From contig CAVSLV010000004.1 of NCBI GenBank assembly GCA_963728915.1, forward strand, positions 416,001 to 480,000: a stretch of DNA of 64,000 nucleotides. The letters are read 5' to 3'. Source of the stretch: an uncultured Gemmatimonadales bacterium (GTDB lineage: Bacteria > Gemmatimonadota > Gemmatimonadetes > Gemmatimonadales > GWC2-71-9). The notes beneath the pieces are model-generated. The model worked only from the letters and a program-made list of their open reading frames with translations, was not told the origin of the DNA and made no database searches. The translations under genes were made by a program, and so were the position numbers. This document shows positions 1 to 9,524 of the stretch, piece after piece; positions within the stretch are counted from its first letter, which is position 1, and every line of letters starts with the position of its first letter.

Positions 1-2187
1 ACCCGGGCGGTCACCCGCACGGTGCTCGAGTGGAAGCCCACCATCCTGCACGACCTCCACGAGGCCCAGACCTACCTCTACGCCTCGACCGGGACCGGGC
101 CCTACAACGAGCAGCTCGACCCCATCACGGTGGACGAGTGGTGGATGCTGGCCCAGAACGACGTGATGGAGATGACCAAGCGGGGGGTTCCCGGGGTCTG
201 GACCTACGGGTTCTACGACGGCTGGGTCCCCAACTACATGTTCTTCATCGCCCATTCGCACAACGCGATCGGCCGGTTCTACGAGGTCCAGAGCTATGGA
301 CCCGACAATTACGTGGTCCGGCCCGGCGCCACGACGACCAGCCGGGAATGGTTCCGTCCTAACCCGCCGCTTCCCCAGATCAACTGGGGCCCCCGCAACA
401 ACACCAACATCCAGGAATCCGCGCTGCTGTTCGCGCTCTCGCACGTGGCCAAGAACAAGGAGCTCTACCTGGAGAACTACTGGCTCAAGAACAAGCGCTC
501 GGTCGAGAAGGGGAAGAACGGGCCCACCTACGCCTGGGTGGTTCCCGCCGGCCAGCGTCGCAAGGCCGACGCGGCCGACGCGGTGAACGAGCTGCGCCGC
601 CAGGGGCTGGAAGTGCAGACCGCGGCCGCCGGGTTCAAGGCCGGCAACGTGGAGGTCGCCCCGGGGGATTACATCATCCGGGCCGATCAGCCCTACCGCA
701 CCCTGGCGGACATGTACTTCTCGCTCCAGAACTATGCCCCCGCCAATCCGGCCCCCTACGACGACACCGGCTGGACCTTTCAGCTCATGCGGGACGTCGT
801 GATCGACCCGATCGGCGACAAGACCATCCTCGATCAGAAGATGAACCCGGTGACCGGAGAGGTGCACGCGGCGGGAGGCATTACCGGCAGCGGTTCGGTG
901 CTGGTGGTCGAGCACACCAGCGACAACAACCTGGTGAGCTTCCGCTACAAGCTGGGCAACGTTCCCATGCAGGCCGCCGAGGAGGACTTCGAGGCGGGCG
1001 GTCACCGGTTCCGGGCCGGCGCGATCGTCATCGCCAATGCCGATCGGGCCCGGATCGAGCCGCTGCTCAGGGACCTGGGCCTCTCGGCCTGGGCGATGGC
1101 TTCCGCTCCGGGCGTAAAGACCCACGACCTGGACCTTCCCCGGATCGGGTACGTCCACAGCTGGCAGCGGACCCAGGATGAAGGGTGGGTTCGCGCCGCG
1201 CTCGATACCTACGGGGTTCCTTACACCTACTTCGCCGATCAGAAGTTGCGGGACGGCAACCTTCGCTCGAAGTACGACGTGATCATCTTCCCCAGCGTCG
1301 GCGGCAGCGCGCAGTCCCAGGTCAACGGGATTCCCATGTCCGGCAAGACTCCATTGCCCTATCAGAAGAGCGATAAGTACCCGAGCCTCGGTGCGCTCGA
1401 TCAGAGCGACGATATTCGGGGCGGGATGGGGATCGAAGGATTGATGGAGCTCTACAAGTTCGTGCAGGAGGGGGGAACCCTGATCACCGAGGGCTCCACC
1501 GCGACGATCTTCCCGGAATACAATCTGACTCCGGGTGTCACGGTCGAGACCCCATCCGGGCTCTTTGCCCGGGGATCGATCCTCCGGGGAATGATCGCTG
1601 ATCCCAAGAGTCCGCTGGTTTACGGCTACGAGGGCACTTCGCTCCCGGTCTACTTCAATCAGACGCCGGTGCTCAACGCGGGCGGGATCTTCGGTGGTGG
1701 CTTTGCGGGATTCGGTGGCGGCGGCGCCGCGGGCCTTTCCCAGAACGTGACGCCGATGGCGAGTCGGCTGAAGCTCTCACAATACGGTGCAAGCCCGGAG
1801 ACCTCGACCGCCGAGCCAGGCGGGGGTGGGGCAGGGGGTGGACGCGGCGCCGGCGGCGGGGGCGGTGGCTTTGGCGGGTTCAGTCAGTTCGCCGCGCAAT
1901 CGGCGGCGGAACGGCCCCGCGTCGTGATGCAGTTCCCGAGCAACGTGGACGAGATGCTGCTTTCCGGGACGCTCGCCGGCGGCCAGGGACTCGCAGGTCG
2001 AGCCCAGCTGGTCGATGCTCCCCTGGGCAAGGGTCACGTCGTGATGTTCGCGCTGCGTCCCTTCTGGCGCTGGCAGACCCAGGGCACCTTCATGCTCGGC
2101 TTCAACGCCATCATGAACTGGAACGACCTGGATGCCGGCCGCGCCGCCGGTGGACCGCGGGCAGTCGGGGGCGGGGCGCCGTTCTAG
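1..2187 (+). CDS. M14 family zinc carboxypeptidase-like secreted protein (5'-truncated by window)
   Basis: Frame is open from the window start; 'HDLHE' Zn-ligand region; C-terminal GATase-like domain (YDVIIFP, FVQEGGTLI, GKGHVVMF) typical of long M14 peptidases. Confidence 0.7.
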   Translation, partial: TRAVTRTVLEWKPTILHDLHEAQTYLYASTGTGPYNEQLDPITVDEWWMLAQNDVMEMTKRGVPGVWTYGFYDGWVPNYMFFIAHSHNAIGRFYEVQSYGPDNYVVRPGATTTSREWFRPNPPLPQINWGPRNNTNIQESALLFALSHVAKNKELYLENYWLKNKRSVEKGKNGPTYAWVVPAGQRRKADAADAVNELRRQGLEVQTAAAGFKAGNVEVAPGDYIIRADQPYRTLADMYFSLQNYAPANPAPYDDTGWTFQLMRDVVIDPIGDKTILDQKMNPVTGEVHAAGGITGSGSVLVVEHTSDNNLVSFRYKLGNVPMQAAEEDFEAGGHRFRAGAIVIANADRARIEPLLRDLGLSAWAMASAPGVKTHDLDLPRIGYVHSWQRTQDEGWVRAALDTYGVPYTYFADQKLRDGNLRSKYDVIIFPSVGGSAQSQVNGIPMSGKTPLPYQKSDKYPSLGALDQSDDIRGGMGIEGLMELYKFVQEGGTLITEGSTATIFPEYNLTPGVTVETPSGLFARGSILRGMIADPKSPLVYGYEGTSLPVYFNQTPVLNAGGIFGGGFAGFGGGGAAGLSQNVTPMASRLKLSQYGASPETSTAEPGGGGAGGGRGAGGGGGGFGGFSQFAAQSAAERPRVVMQFPSNVDEMLLSGTLAGGQGLAGRAQLVDAPLGKGHVVMFALRPFWRWQTQGTFMLGFNAIMNWNDLDAGRAAGGPRAVGGGAPF

Positions 2188-2233
2188 GGGACGACCGACG
2201 GTCGTCAGTCGCTGCCAGGGCGTCGAACCGGTC

Positions 2234-2518
2234 CTACCGGTCCTTCCGGTAGAGCCGGCGCAGCTCTCCCTTGGCGGATTCCAGTTTGCGCTTCCGGGCG
2301 GCCGAGAGCTGGGATCCGGCGCGGTTGATGTAGAAGGTCAACATGGACATTGCGGATCGGTAAGGATCGCTCTTCCGGCGCTTGCTTCGTTCCGCCGAGC
2401 GCTTGAGCGAGCGCGCGATCCCCTTGGGGTCCCGGGTGAAGACCCCGCGGTCCAGATCGAGCGCGTTGCTCTCCCGGGTAACTCGCTGGGACCAGCGACG
2501 TTTTGAGGTGGCGGCCAT
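2234..2518 (-). CDS. DUF3175 family small basic protein
   Basis: WSQRVTRESNALDL...IARSLKRSAE...PYRSAMSMLTFYINRAG signature; ATG at 2518. Confidence 0.8.
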   Translation of the reverse strand: MAATSKRRWSQRVTRESNALDLDRGVFTRDPKGIARSLKRSAERSKRRKSDPYRSAMSMLTFYINRAGSQLSAARKRKLESAKGELRRLYRKDR

Positions 2519-2606
2519 CACAGTCTCCCCATCCATTCCTGTCTGACTTCGGGCCCTGCTTCCCTGTATATTCCGCGGTCAGCTTCCTCCAGACTTCCGG
2601 CCCGGC

Positions 2607-4403
2607 ATGCAACCCACAGACGTCCGCAATCCGAGTTACTACCACAAGGTGGTGGATTGTCAGTGGGCGTGCCCCGCCCACACCAATGTCCCCGAGTATC
2701 TCCGGCTGATTGGCCAGGGTCGCTACACCGAATCGTATCTCCTGAACCGGGAATCGAACGTCTTCCCGGGTATTCTGGGCCGCACCTGCGACCGCCCTTG
2801 CGAGCCGGCCTGCCGTCGCACCCGGGTGGACGGCAAACCGGTCGCCATCTGCCGCCTCAAACGGGTCGCCGCCGATCTCCGGGGTGACATCAGCGAGCAG
2901 CTGCCCGGTCGTGCCGAATCTCCCAACGGAAAGCGGGTGGCCCTCATCGGGGCCGGTCCCGCCTCGCTCACGGTCGCCAACGACCTGCTGCCCCTGGGCT
3001 ACGAGTGCGTGATCTACGAGAAGCTCGCCCGCCCCGGGGGGCTCATGCGCACCAACATTCCGGCGTTCCGGCTGCCCGCCGCTGTCCTCGACGAGGAGAT
3101 CGGCTATATCCTCGACCTTGGTGCCGAGGTGCGGTACGAGACACCGGTCGGCAGCATGAAGGAACTCCTCGCCGAGGGGTACGATGCCGTCTTCGTCGGC
3201 AGCGGCGCCCCCAAGGGGAAAGAGCTGGATGTTCCGGGCCGCTGGGACACCGATCGGATCCAGATCGGCATCGAGTTTCTCGAAGGAGTGCATTTCGGAC
3301 ACATCGAGAAGATCGGTGAGCGGGTTCTGATCATCGGGGTGGGGAACACCGCGATGGACTGCTGCCGCACCTCGCGCCGGTTGGGCGGCACCGACATCAA
3401 GGTGATCGCCCGGCGCTCCCGGCCCTACTTCAAGGCCTCTCCCTGGGAGCTGGAGGACGCGGAAGAGGAAGGCGTTCACATCGTCGAGAACCACGCCCCC
3501 AAACGGTTCGTGCTCGACGATGGCCGCCTGGTCGGAATGGAGTTCGACATCCTCCGCTGGACCGAGGTGAACGGCCGTCAGAAGAGCGAAGTGATCGACA
3601 CCGTGATCCTGCCCTGCGACGACGTCATCCTCGCGATCGGCCAGGAGAACGCGTTTCCCTGGATCGAGCGGGACATCGGCCTCGAGTTCAACGAGTGGGA
3701 CATGCCGGTGGTGGATCGTGCCACCACGCAATGCTCGCTTCCCGGCGTGTTCTTCGGCGGCGATGCGGCCTGGGGACCCGAGAACATCATCTGGGCGGTG
3801 GCGCACGGCCATCAGGCCGCGATCTCGATCCACAACCACTGCCGCGGCATTCCAGTGCACGAGCGTCCTCCCGAGGGAATGACCCTGGTCAGCTCCAAGG
3901 TCGGCATGCACTCGTGGAGCTACAGTAACGACTACAATCCCTCGCCCCGCGCCAGGATGCAGCACGCCGAGCTGGTCGAGCGATTCTCCAGTATCGCGGT
4001 GGAGGTCGAGCTGGGCTTCACCCCGGAGCAGACCGCCCGGGAAGTGGAGCGCTGCCTCAACTGCGACGTGCAGACCCATTTCAGCGCGCCGCTCTGCATC
4101 GAGTGCGACGCCTGTGTGGACGTGTGCCCGGTGAATTGCCTCACGATCGCGCCGAACGGCGCCGAGGAGGAAGTGCGGGCCCGGCTCTCCGCCCCGGCGG
4201 TGAATCCGGCCCAGGCTCTCTACGTATCCGACGCCCTTCCCCAGACCAGACGAGTGATGCTCAAGGACGAGGACCTCTGCCTGCACTGCGGGCTTTGCGC
4301 CGAGCGGTGCCCCACCGCGGCCTGGGACATGGCGCGTTTCGACCTGCGGATTCCCTACGCGGGAGGTGAGGCGGAACGGCTTCCTGCGGGAGCGGCAGCA
4401 TGA
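2607..4403 (+). CDS. FAD/NAD(P)-dependent oxidoreductase, GltD-like, with C-terminal 4Fe-4S ferredoxin domains
   Basis: CQWACPAH and CDRPCEPAC clusters, GAGPAS and GVGNTAMD dinucleotide motifs, CIECDACVDVCP and CLHCGLCAERCP. Confidence 0.9.
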   Translation: MQPTDVRNPSYYHKVVDCQWACPAHTNVPEYLRLIGQGRYTESYLLNRESNVFPGILGRTCDRPCEPACRRTRVDGKPVAICRLKRVAADLRGDISEQLPGRAESPNGKRVALIGAGPASLTVANDLLPLGYECVIYEKLARPGGLMRTNIPAFRLPAAVLDEEIGYILDLGAEVRYETPVGSMKELLAEGYDAVFVGSGAPKGKELDVPGRWDTDRIQIGIEFLEGVHFGHIEKIGERVLIIGVGNTAMDCCRTSRRLGGTDIKVIARRSRPYFKASPWELEDAEEEGVHIVENHAPKRFVLDDGRLVGMEFDILRWTEVNGRQKSEVIDTVILPCDDVILAIGQENAFPWIERDIGLEFNEWDMPVVDRATTQCSLPGVFFGGDAAWGPENIIWAVAHGHQAAISIHNHCRGIPVHERPPEGMTLVSSKVGMHSWSYSNDYNPSPRARMQHAELVERFSSIAVEVELGFTPEQTAREVERCLNCDVQTHFSAPLCIECDACVDVCPVNCLTIAPNGAEEEVRARLSAPAVNPAQALYVSDALPQTRRVMLKDEDLCLHCGLCAERCPTAAWDMARFDLRIPYAGGEAERLPAGAAA

Positions 4404-6202
4404 CCCCGCGGGTCAACGATTTCGCCCTCAAGATCGCCACGGTCAACGGCACCGGCTCGGCGAGCGCCAATACCCTGCTCATGCAGGCCATCTTCCGGAT
4501 GGGGGTGCCGGTGTCGGGCAAGAACCTGTTCCCCTCCAACATCCAGGGGCTCCCGACCTGGTACGAGATCCGGGTGAGCGGAGAGGGGTACACCGCCCGG
4601 CCCGCCGCGGTCGATCTCGTGGTGGCGATGAATCCTTCCACCTATCCGCAGGACGTGGCGGCGGTGCGACCGGGCGGCTACCTCCTGTACGACGACTCCT
4701 GGCCGCTCGATCCGGAGCTGCTCCGGGACGACGTGACCGTGTTAGGAGCCCCCTTCGGGCGGATGTGCGTCGAGGCGTTCACCGGCGACCGGGAGCGGAC
4801 CCTGCTGCGCAACATCGTGTACACCGGCGCCATCGCCGCCCTGATCGAGCTGGACATGGCGGTGGTGGACGCCGCCCTGAAGGAAACGTTCGGGCGAAAA
4901 CCGAAGCTGCTCGACGCCAACTTCCGCGCCGTCCGGCTCGGGTACGACTATGCCCGGTCCGAGCTCGAATGCCCCCTGCCGATCCGGCTGGCGCCCATGG
5001 ACGCCACGTCGCGGCACATCCTGATCGACGGCAACACCTCGGCCGCCCTGGGCTGCCTCTACGCCGGCGCCACGGTCGGCGCCTGGTACCCGATCACCCC
5101 GGCCACTTCCCTGATGGAATCCTTCCGCGGCTTCTGCGAGCGCTTCCGGGTCGATCCGGAGACCGGAGAGCGGAGGTTCTGCATCGTGCAGGCGGAGGAT
5201 GAGCTCGCGGCGGCGGGCGTGGTCATCGGCGCCAACTGGGCCGGGGCCCGCGCCTTTACGCCCACCGCTGGTCCGGGCATCTCCCTGATGCAGGAGTTCA
5301 TCGGGCTGGCCTACTACACCGAGGTCCCGGCGGTCTTCTTCGACGTCCAGCGCGCCGGCCCCTCGACCGGGATGCCGACCCGGACCCAGCAGAGCGATCT
5401 CCTGTCCCTTGCCTATGCCTCGCACGGTGACACCAAGCACATCGTGCTGTTTCCGGCCAATCCGGAGGAATGCTTCCACTTTGCGGTGCAGGCCTTCGAC
5501 CTCGCCGACCGGTTCCAGACCCCGGTGTTCGTCGCGTCGGACCTCGACATCGGCATGAACGACTGGATGTGCCCGCGCCTCGAGTGGGACGATGCTTTCC
5601 GGCCCGATCGCGGCAAGGTTCTTGGCAAGGAGGAGCTGGCGGGGCTGGACCGGTTCTTCCGGTATCTGGACACCGACGGTGACGGGATCGCCGCCCGGAC
5701 CCTCCCTGGCGTCGATCCCAAGGGTTCCTATTTCGTGCGGGGCTCGGGCCACGATCGCTACGGCGCCTACACCGAAGACGCCGACGCCTACCGCGACGTG
5801 ATGGACCGGCTGTCCCGGAAGCTCGCTTCCGCGGGAGAAGCGGTTCCCGAGCCGGAAACCCAACCGGGGGAGAGCGCCGAGCTCGGGATCATCACGATCG
5901 GCGGATGTCGCGCCGCGGTGCTCGAGGCCCTGGACCGGTTGCGGGAGCAGGGAATCGCCCTCAACTACCTCCGGGTGCGGGGGTTCCCCTTCGGCGCGAC
6001 GGTCCAGGAGTTTCTCGATCGCCACGAGCGCTGTTTCGTGGTGGAGCAGAATCGCGACAGCCAGCTGCGGACCCTGCTCATGGCGGAAATCGGCGTGGCC
6101 CGGGACCGGATGATCCCGGTGGTGGAGTACGGCGGATTGCCGCTCACCGCGGACTTCGTGGTGGAGCAAGTGACCACCTGGCTCGCGGAGGCCTCGGTAT
6201 GA
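4400..6202 (+). CDS. korA: 2-oxoacid:acceptor oxidoreductase subunit alpha (fused gamma-alpha)
   Basis: YPITPAT, QAEDELAA, TAGPGISL, QRAGPSTGMPTRTQQSD motifs. Confidence 0.9.
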   Translation: MTPRVNDFALKIATVNGTGSASANTLLMQAIFRMGVPVSGKNLFPSNIQGLPTWYEIRVSGEGYTARPAAVDLVVAMNPSTYPQDVAAVRPGGYLLYDDSWPLDPELLRDDVTVLGAPFGRMCVEAFTGDRERTLLRNIVYTGAIAALIELDMAVVDAALKETFGRKPKLLDANFRAVRLGYDYARSELECPLPIRLAPMDATSRHILIDGNTSAALGCLYAGATVGAWYPITPATSLMESFRGFCERFRVDPETGERRFCIVQAEDELAAAGVVIGANWAGARAFTPTAGPGISLMQEFIGLAYYTEVPAVFFDVQRAGPSTGMPTRTQQSDLLSLAYASHGDTKHIVLFPANPEECFHFAVQAFDLADRFQTPVFVASDLDIGMNDWMCPRLEWDDAFRPDRGKVLGKEELAGLDRFFRYLDTDGDGIAARTLPGVDPKGSYFVRGSGHDRYGAYTEDADAYRDVMDRLSRKLASAGEAVPEPETQPGESAELGIITIGGCRAAVLEALDRLREQGIALNYLRVRGFPFGATVQEFLDRHERCFVVEQNRDSQLRTLLMAEIGVARDRMIPVVEYGGLPLTADFVVEQVTTWLAEASV

Positions 6203-7260
6203 CTTCGATTCCCAAGCCGCCGGTTCGCCACCCGGCGCTGGCCCGGAATGCCCTGGGCCTTACCCGCCGCGACTACGAGGGGGCCATGTCCACTCTCTGC
6301 GCCGGCTGCGGCCATGATTCGATCACCGCGGCGCTGGTGCAGGCGTTCTTCGAGCTCGATCTCCCGCCCCACCGGGCGGTGAAGCTGAGCGGGATCGGCT
6401 GCTCCTCCAAGACCACCGCCTACTTCCTGCGCCAGTCCCATGGGTTCAATTCGGTCCACGGGCGGATGCCCGCGGTGGCCACCGGCGCCAACGCGGCCAA
6501 CCGGGACCTGGTGGCCATCGGGATCTCGGGCGACGGCGACTCGCTGTCCATCGGGTTAGGCCAGTTCTGCCACGCGATCCGCCGGAACGTGAGCCTGACC
6601 TACGTGCTGGAGAACAACGGCGTTTACGGTCTCACCAAGGGGCAGTTTTCCGCTTCGGCCGACGTCGGGTCCAAATCCAAACGGGGTGAGCCCAATGCCC
6701 AGCGCCCGATCGATCCGGTGCTGCTGGCCCTGACGCTGGGCGCCAGCTTCGTGGCCCGGAGCTTCTCGGGCGACAAGGCGCAGCTGGTCCCGATTCTCAA
6801 GGCCGGTCTCCGCCACCGCGGCTTCGCCTTCATCGACGTGATCTCGCCCTGCGTGACCTTCAACGATCACGAGGGGTCCACCAAGAGCTACCGTTTCACC
6901 CGGGAGCACGCCCACGAGGTGGCGCCGGTCGATTTCGTCCCGATCGTGACCGAGATCGTCGTCCCCGGGAACGGGAGGGGAAGCGCGACGATGGACGTCG
7001 CGATGCACGATGGAAGCGTGGTGCGTTTCCGGAAGGTGGAGGACGACTACGATCCGACCGATCGCGAGGCCGCGTACGCCTACGTCCGGGCCCGGCAGGA
7101 GGCGGGAGAGGTGGTGACGGGGCTGCTCTATCTGGAGGAGGGGGCGCCCGACATGCACGGAATCAACCGCACCGTCGCGCGTCCCCTCGCGGAACTACCC
7201 TATCAGGAACTCTGTCCCGGCAACGCCGCCCTGCAGGCGTTGCTGGATGAATTCCGCTGA
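6199..7260 (+). CDS. korB: 2-oxoacid:ferredoxin oxidoreductase subunit beta
   Basis: CAGCGH, SGIGCSSK, HGR, TPP motif GDGD...NNGVYGLTKGQ; ATGA overlap with alpha subunit. Confidence 0.9.
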   Translation: MTSIPKPPVRHPALARNALGLTRRDYEGAMSTLCAGCGHDSITAALVQAFFELDLPPHRAVKLSGIGCSSKTTAYFLRQSHGFNSVHGRMPAVATGANAANRDLVAIGISGDGDSLSIGLGQFCHAIRRNVSLTYVLENNGVYGLTKGQFSASADVGSKSKRGEPNAQRPIDPVLLALTLGASFVARSFSGDKAQLVPILKAGLRHRGFAFIDVISPCVTFNDHEGSTKSYRFTREHAHEVAPVDFVPIVTEIVVPGNGRGSATMDVAMHDGSVVRFRKVEDDYDPTDREAAYAYVRARQEAGEVVTGLLYLEEGAPDMHGINRTVARPLAELPYQELCPGNAALQALLDEFR

Positions 7261-7262
7261 GC

Positions 7263-7472
7263 CTACCGCTTCCCGCGCTTGCCGCCCTGGCTCTTGAGCC
7301 AGCGTTCGGCGGCGAGGCGGGCCTTGTTCGATCCGCCGTACACCGCGTCGGAAAACAGCTTGCTCTTGAATCTCCGGCTCTTGGTGTCGGGATTCACCTT
7401 TCCAAACGGGATGCGTGCCTGCCATCCCTTCGTGTTGGATTGCTTCGAACGAACCCGGACGATCCAGCTCAA
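7263..7472 (-). CDS. small basic protein, AP2/integrase-type DNA-binding-domain-like
   Basis: TTG start preceded by GGGGAGG RBS; GWQARI...KSKLFSDAVYGG...ARLAAERW pattern. Confidence 0.6.
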   Translation of the reverse strand: MSWIVRVRSKQSNTKGWQARIPFGKVNPDTKSRRFKSKLFSDAVYGGSNKARLAAERWLKSQGGKRGKR

Positions 7473-7586
7473 GGTCGGCCTCCCCGTCGAAAATGGTCGC
7501 TGCCGGTAAGATAAGACATCGAGGGTCCGGCAACAGGCTTGCGGTTTAGGCTAACCGGTGGGGCGGGGACGCCGCCAGCCCGCGAC

Positions 7587-8666
7587 TCAGCTCCATGCAC
7601 CGAGCGGGGTGGTCCGCCGGAGCGCCTCCGGGTGGCGCCGGAACCAGCTCATCACCAGCAGCATCTCGTCGATACACTCGGCCGGGAGCGGCCCCGGCGG
7701 CTCCGGCGTCGCCCGCTCGGCGGCGACGACCGCCTGGAACGCCTCGCGCTCGATCGGGGTCGACGGCCACGGGTAGCTGGTCCGGACCACGCCCCGCCGG
7801 ATCAGATAGGCCCGATCGTCCCCGTGCGAGCCCGGCTGGTGGTAGACGAAGCTCAGAAGCTCGACCGCCGCGCGGGCCCGGGTGGTCGCCGCCAGCAGCC
7901 ACTCCAGGGCCTCGAACTTCTCCCGCCAGCGGGCCGCGACTTCGAAGGCTCCCTGCTCGGCCGCTTGCGCCATCCCGGCGACAATCCGATCGATCGGAAC
8001 GATCGAGCGTCCCTCCAGGAAATCCACCGCGTGGGCCACCCGCTCCTGATAACCCGCATGGCTGACCAGTCCCGCGCAGGGACCGGTGCAGAGTCCAAGC
8101 TCGTAGCGCGAGCAGCCGGCCTGGCGCGCCGACCCGAACAGGTCGCCCTGCTCGGCGAACACCATCGGCATCTGCTGGCGGCAGTCGCGGAGCCCGAGCA
8201 GATCCGAGAGCACCCGAATGGCATCCCGGGCCCGGGACGGTGACCCCAGCGGTCCGTAGTGAGCCGCGTTCGACGACGAGGGGCGGCTGGTACAGGTCAG
8301 CCGGGCCGCCGCCTCACCCGACACGGCCACGAACCCGACCCGCCGGTATCGGTTCATGTGCACGTTGTACGGTGGGCGCCATTTGCGAATGTCCCGGAGC
8401 TCCGCCAAATGCGCCGCGAACTCGCTCGGCACGTATTCCCACGCGATATCCGCCGAGGATTGGAGGATTCGGGCGGCCTTCTCGTCCCGGGGAGCCCTGA
8501 AGTAGGAAAGCAGACGGACTCTGATGCGTTTGGCCTTGCCGACGTAGAGGACCCGGCCGGCCCCGTCCAGCATGCGGTAGACGCCGGGGCGGGGCTCCGC
8601 GAGAGCCTTGACCTTGGCGGACAGGCGGGCCGGCGGACCGGCGGACAGTGGGAGCGCGATCGTCAT
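7587..8666 (-). CDS. GIY-YIG nuclease with UvrB/UvrC motif (UvrC/Cho-like)
   Basis: PGVYRM...LYVGKAK..RLLSYF, Cys cluster, MAQAAEQGAFEVAARWRE UVR motif. Confidence 0.85.
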   Translation of the reverse strand: MTIALPLSAGPPARLSAKVKALAEPRPGVYRMLDGAGRVLYVGKAKRIRVRLLSYFRAPRDEKAARILQSSADIAWEYVPSEFAAHLAELRDIRKWRPPYNVHMNRYRRVGFVAVSGEAAARLTCTSRPSSSNAAHYGPLGSPSRARDAIRVLSDLLGLRDCRQQMPMVFAEQGDLFGSARQAGCSRYELGLCTGPCAGLVSHAGYQERVAHAVDFLEGRSIVPIDRIVAGMAQAAEQGAFEVAARWREKFEALEWLLAATTRARAAVELLSFVYHQPGSHGDDRAYLIRRGVVRTSYPWPSTPIEREAFQAVVAAERATPEPPGPLPAECIDEMLLVMSWFRRHPEALRRTTPLGAWS

Positions 8667-8696
8667 TCCGCCGGTCCGCCCGCCCGCCTGTCCGCC
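8616..8696. repeat. inverted tandem octamer array (GGCGGACN x4 / NGTCCGCC x4) hairpin
   Basis: Left arm 8616-8647, right arm 8666-8696, read directly from sequence. Confidence 0.9.
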
Positions 8697-9521
8697 TTAT
8701 CGCTGGCAGCGATGGCAGAACACTGTAATCCTCCCATCGATCGCGTGGGTCGCTGCGAGGGTCGTGCCGCATCGGACACAGGGAAACCCCTCCCTGCCGT
8801 AGACCTTGAGCTGGAGCTGAAATCCGCCTTTTCGTCCCCGACCGGTTCGGTAGTCCCGGATAGTGGAGCCCTGCGCCGCGATAGCCCGGCGGAGAATCCG
8901 TCGAAGCGCCCGATACAGGGAGGCGATCGCTTCGGGCGGCACCCGGTTGGCGGGCTTGGAGGGATCGATCCGCGCCTCGAACAGGGCTTCCTGGGCGTAG
9001 ATGTTCCCGACCCCCGCCAGCGCATGCTGGTCCATCAGCACCTTCTTGACCGCTGCCCGGGACCCCGACAGGATCCGCCCTAACCCGGCGGGCCGGAAGT
9101 CCGTGGCGAGGGGCTCCGGCCCCAGCGCCCCATCGTAGTCGTTCCAGGCGTCACCATCGAGCCAGAGCAGGGTGCCCAGCCGCCGGGGGTCGCGATAGAC
9201 CAGCTCTCTGCCATCGGAGAGTCCGATCCGGAGAACCTGGTACTTTCCGACCCCCTGCCCCCCCGACCCCCCGACCACTGAGAGCGACCCCGTCATCCCG
9301 GGTTGCACCACCAGCCGGCCCCGGTCGGTGACGATGATGGCGTGCTTGGCCCGGCGAAACACCTCCTGCACCGTTGCCCCTCGCAACCCGGCCAGCAGCC
9401 GGCGGCGAGTCACCCCGCGCAGCACGTCCTCGTGCGACAGGCGGGCGGACAGGAAACGGCGCCCGGTGACACGAGCGGCGATGTCGCGTACGAAGGTTTC
9501 GACTTCGGGGAGTTCCGGCAA
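8697..9521 (-). CDS. mutM: formamidopyrimidine-DNA glycosylase
   Basis: N-terminal PELPEVE, H2TH motif GVGNIYAQE, C-terminal zinc finger CVRC...FCHRCQ. Confidence 0.95.
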   Translation of the reverse strand: MPELPEVETFVRDIAARVTGRRFLSARLSHEDVLRGVTRRRLLAGLRGATVQEVFRRAKHAIIVTDRGRLVVQPGMTGSLSVVGGSGGQGVGKYQVLRIGLSDGRELVYRDPRRLGTLLWLDGDAWNDYDGALGPEPLATDFRPAGLGRILSGSRAAVKKVLMDQHALAGVGNIYAQEALFEARIDPSKPANRVPPEAIASLYRALRRILRRAIAAQGSTIRDYRTGRGRKGGFQLQLKVYGREGFPCVRCGTTLAATHAIDGRITVFCHRCQR

Positions 9522-9524
9522 TGT

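Noticed and set aside
1690..1880. G-rich low-complexity tract
   Set aside because: Encodes Gly-rich linkers of the M14 peptidase; not related to the repeat family
2205..6169. Long antisense ORFs (693 aa, 475 aa; likewise 15066-16793, 28527-30530, 23317-24798)
   Set aside because: Shadow ORFs opposite well-supported genes, expected in high-GC DNA
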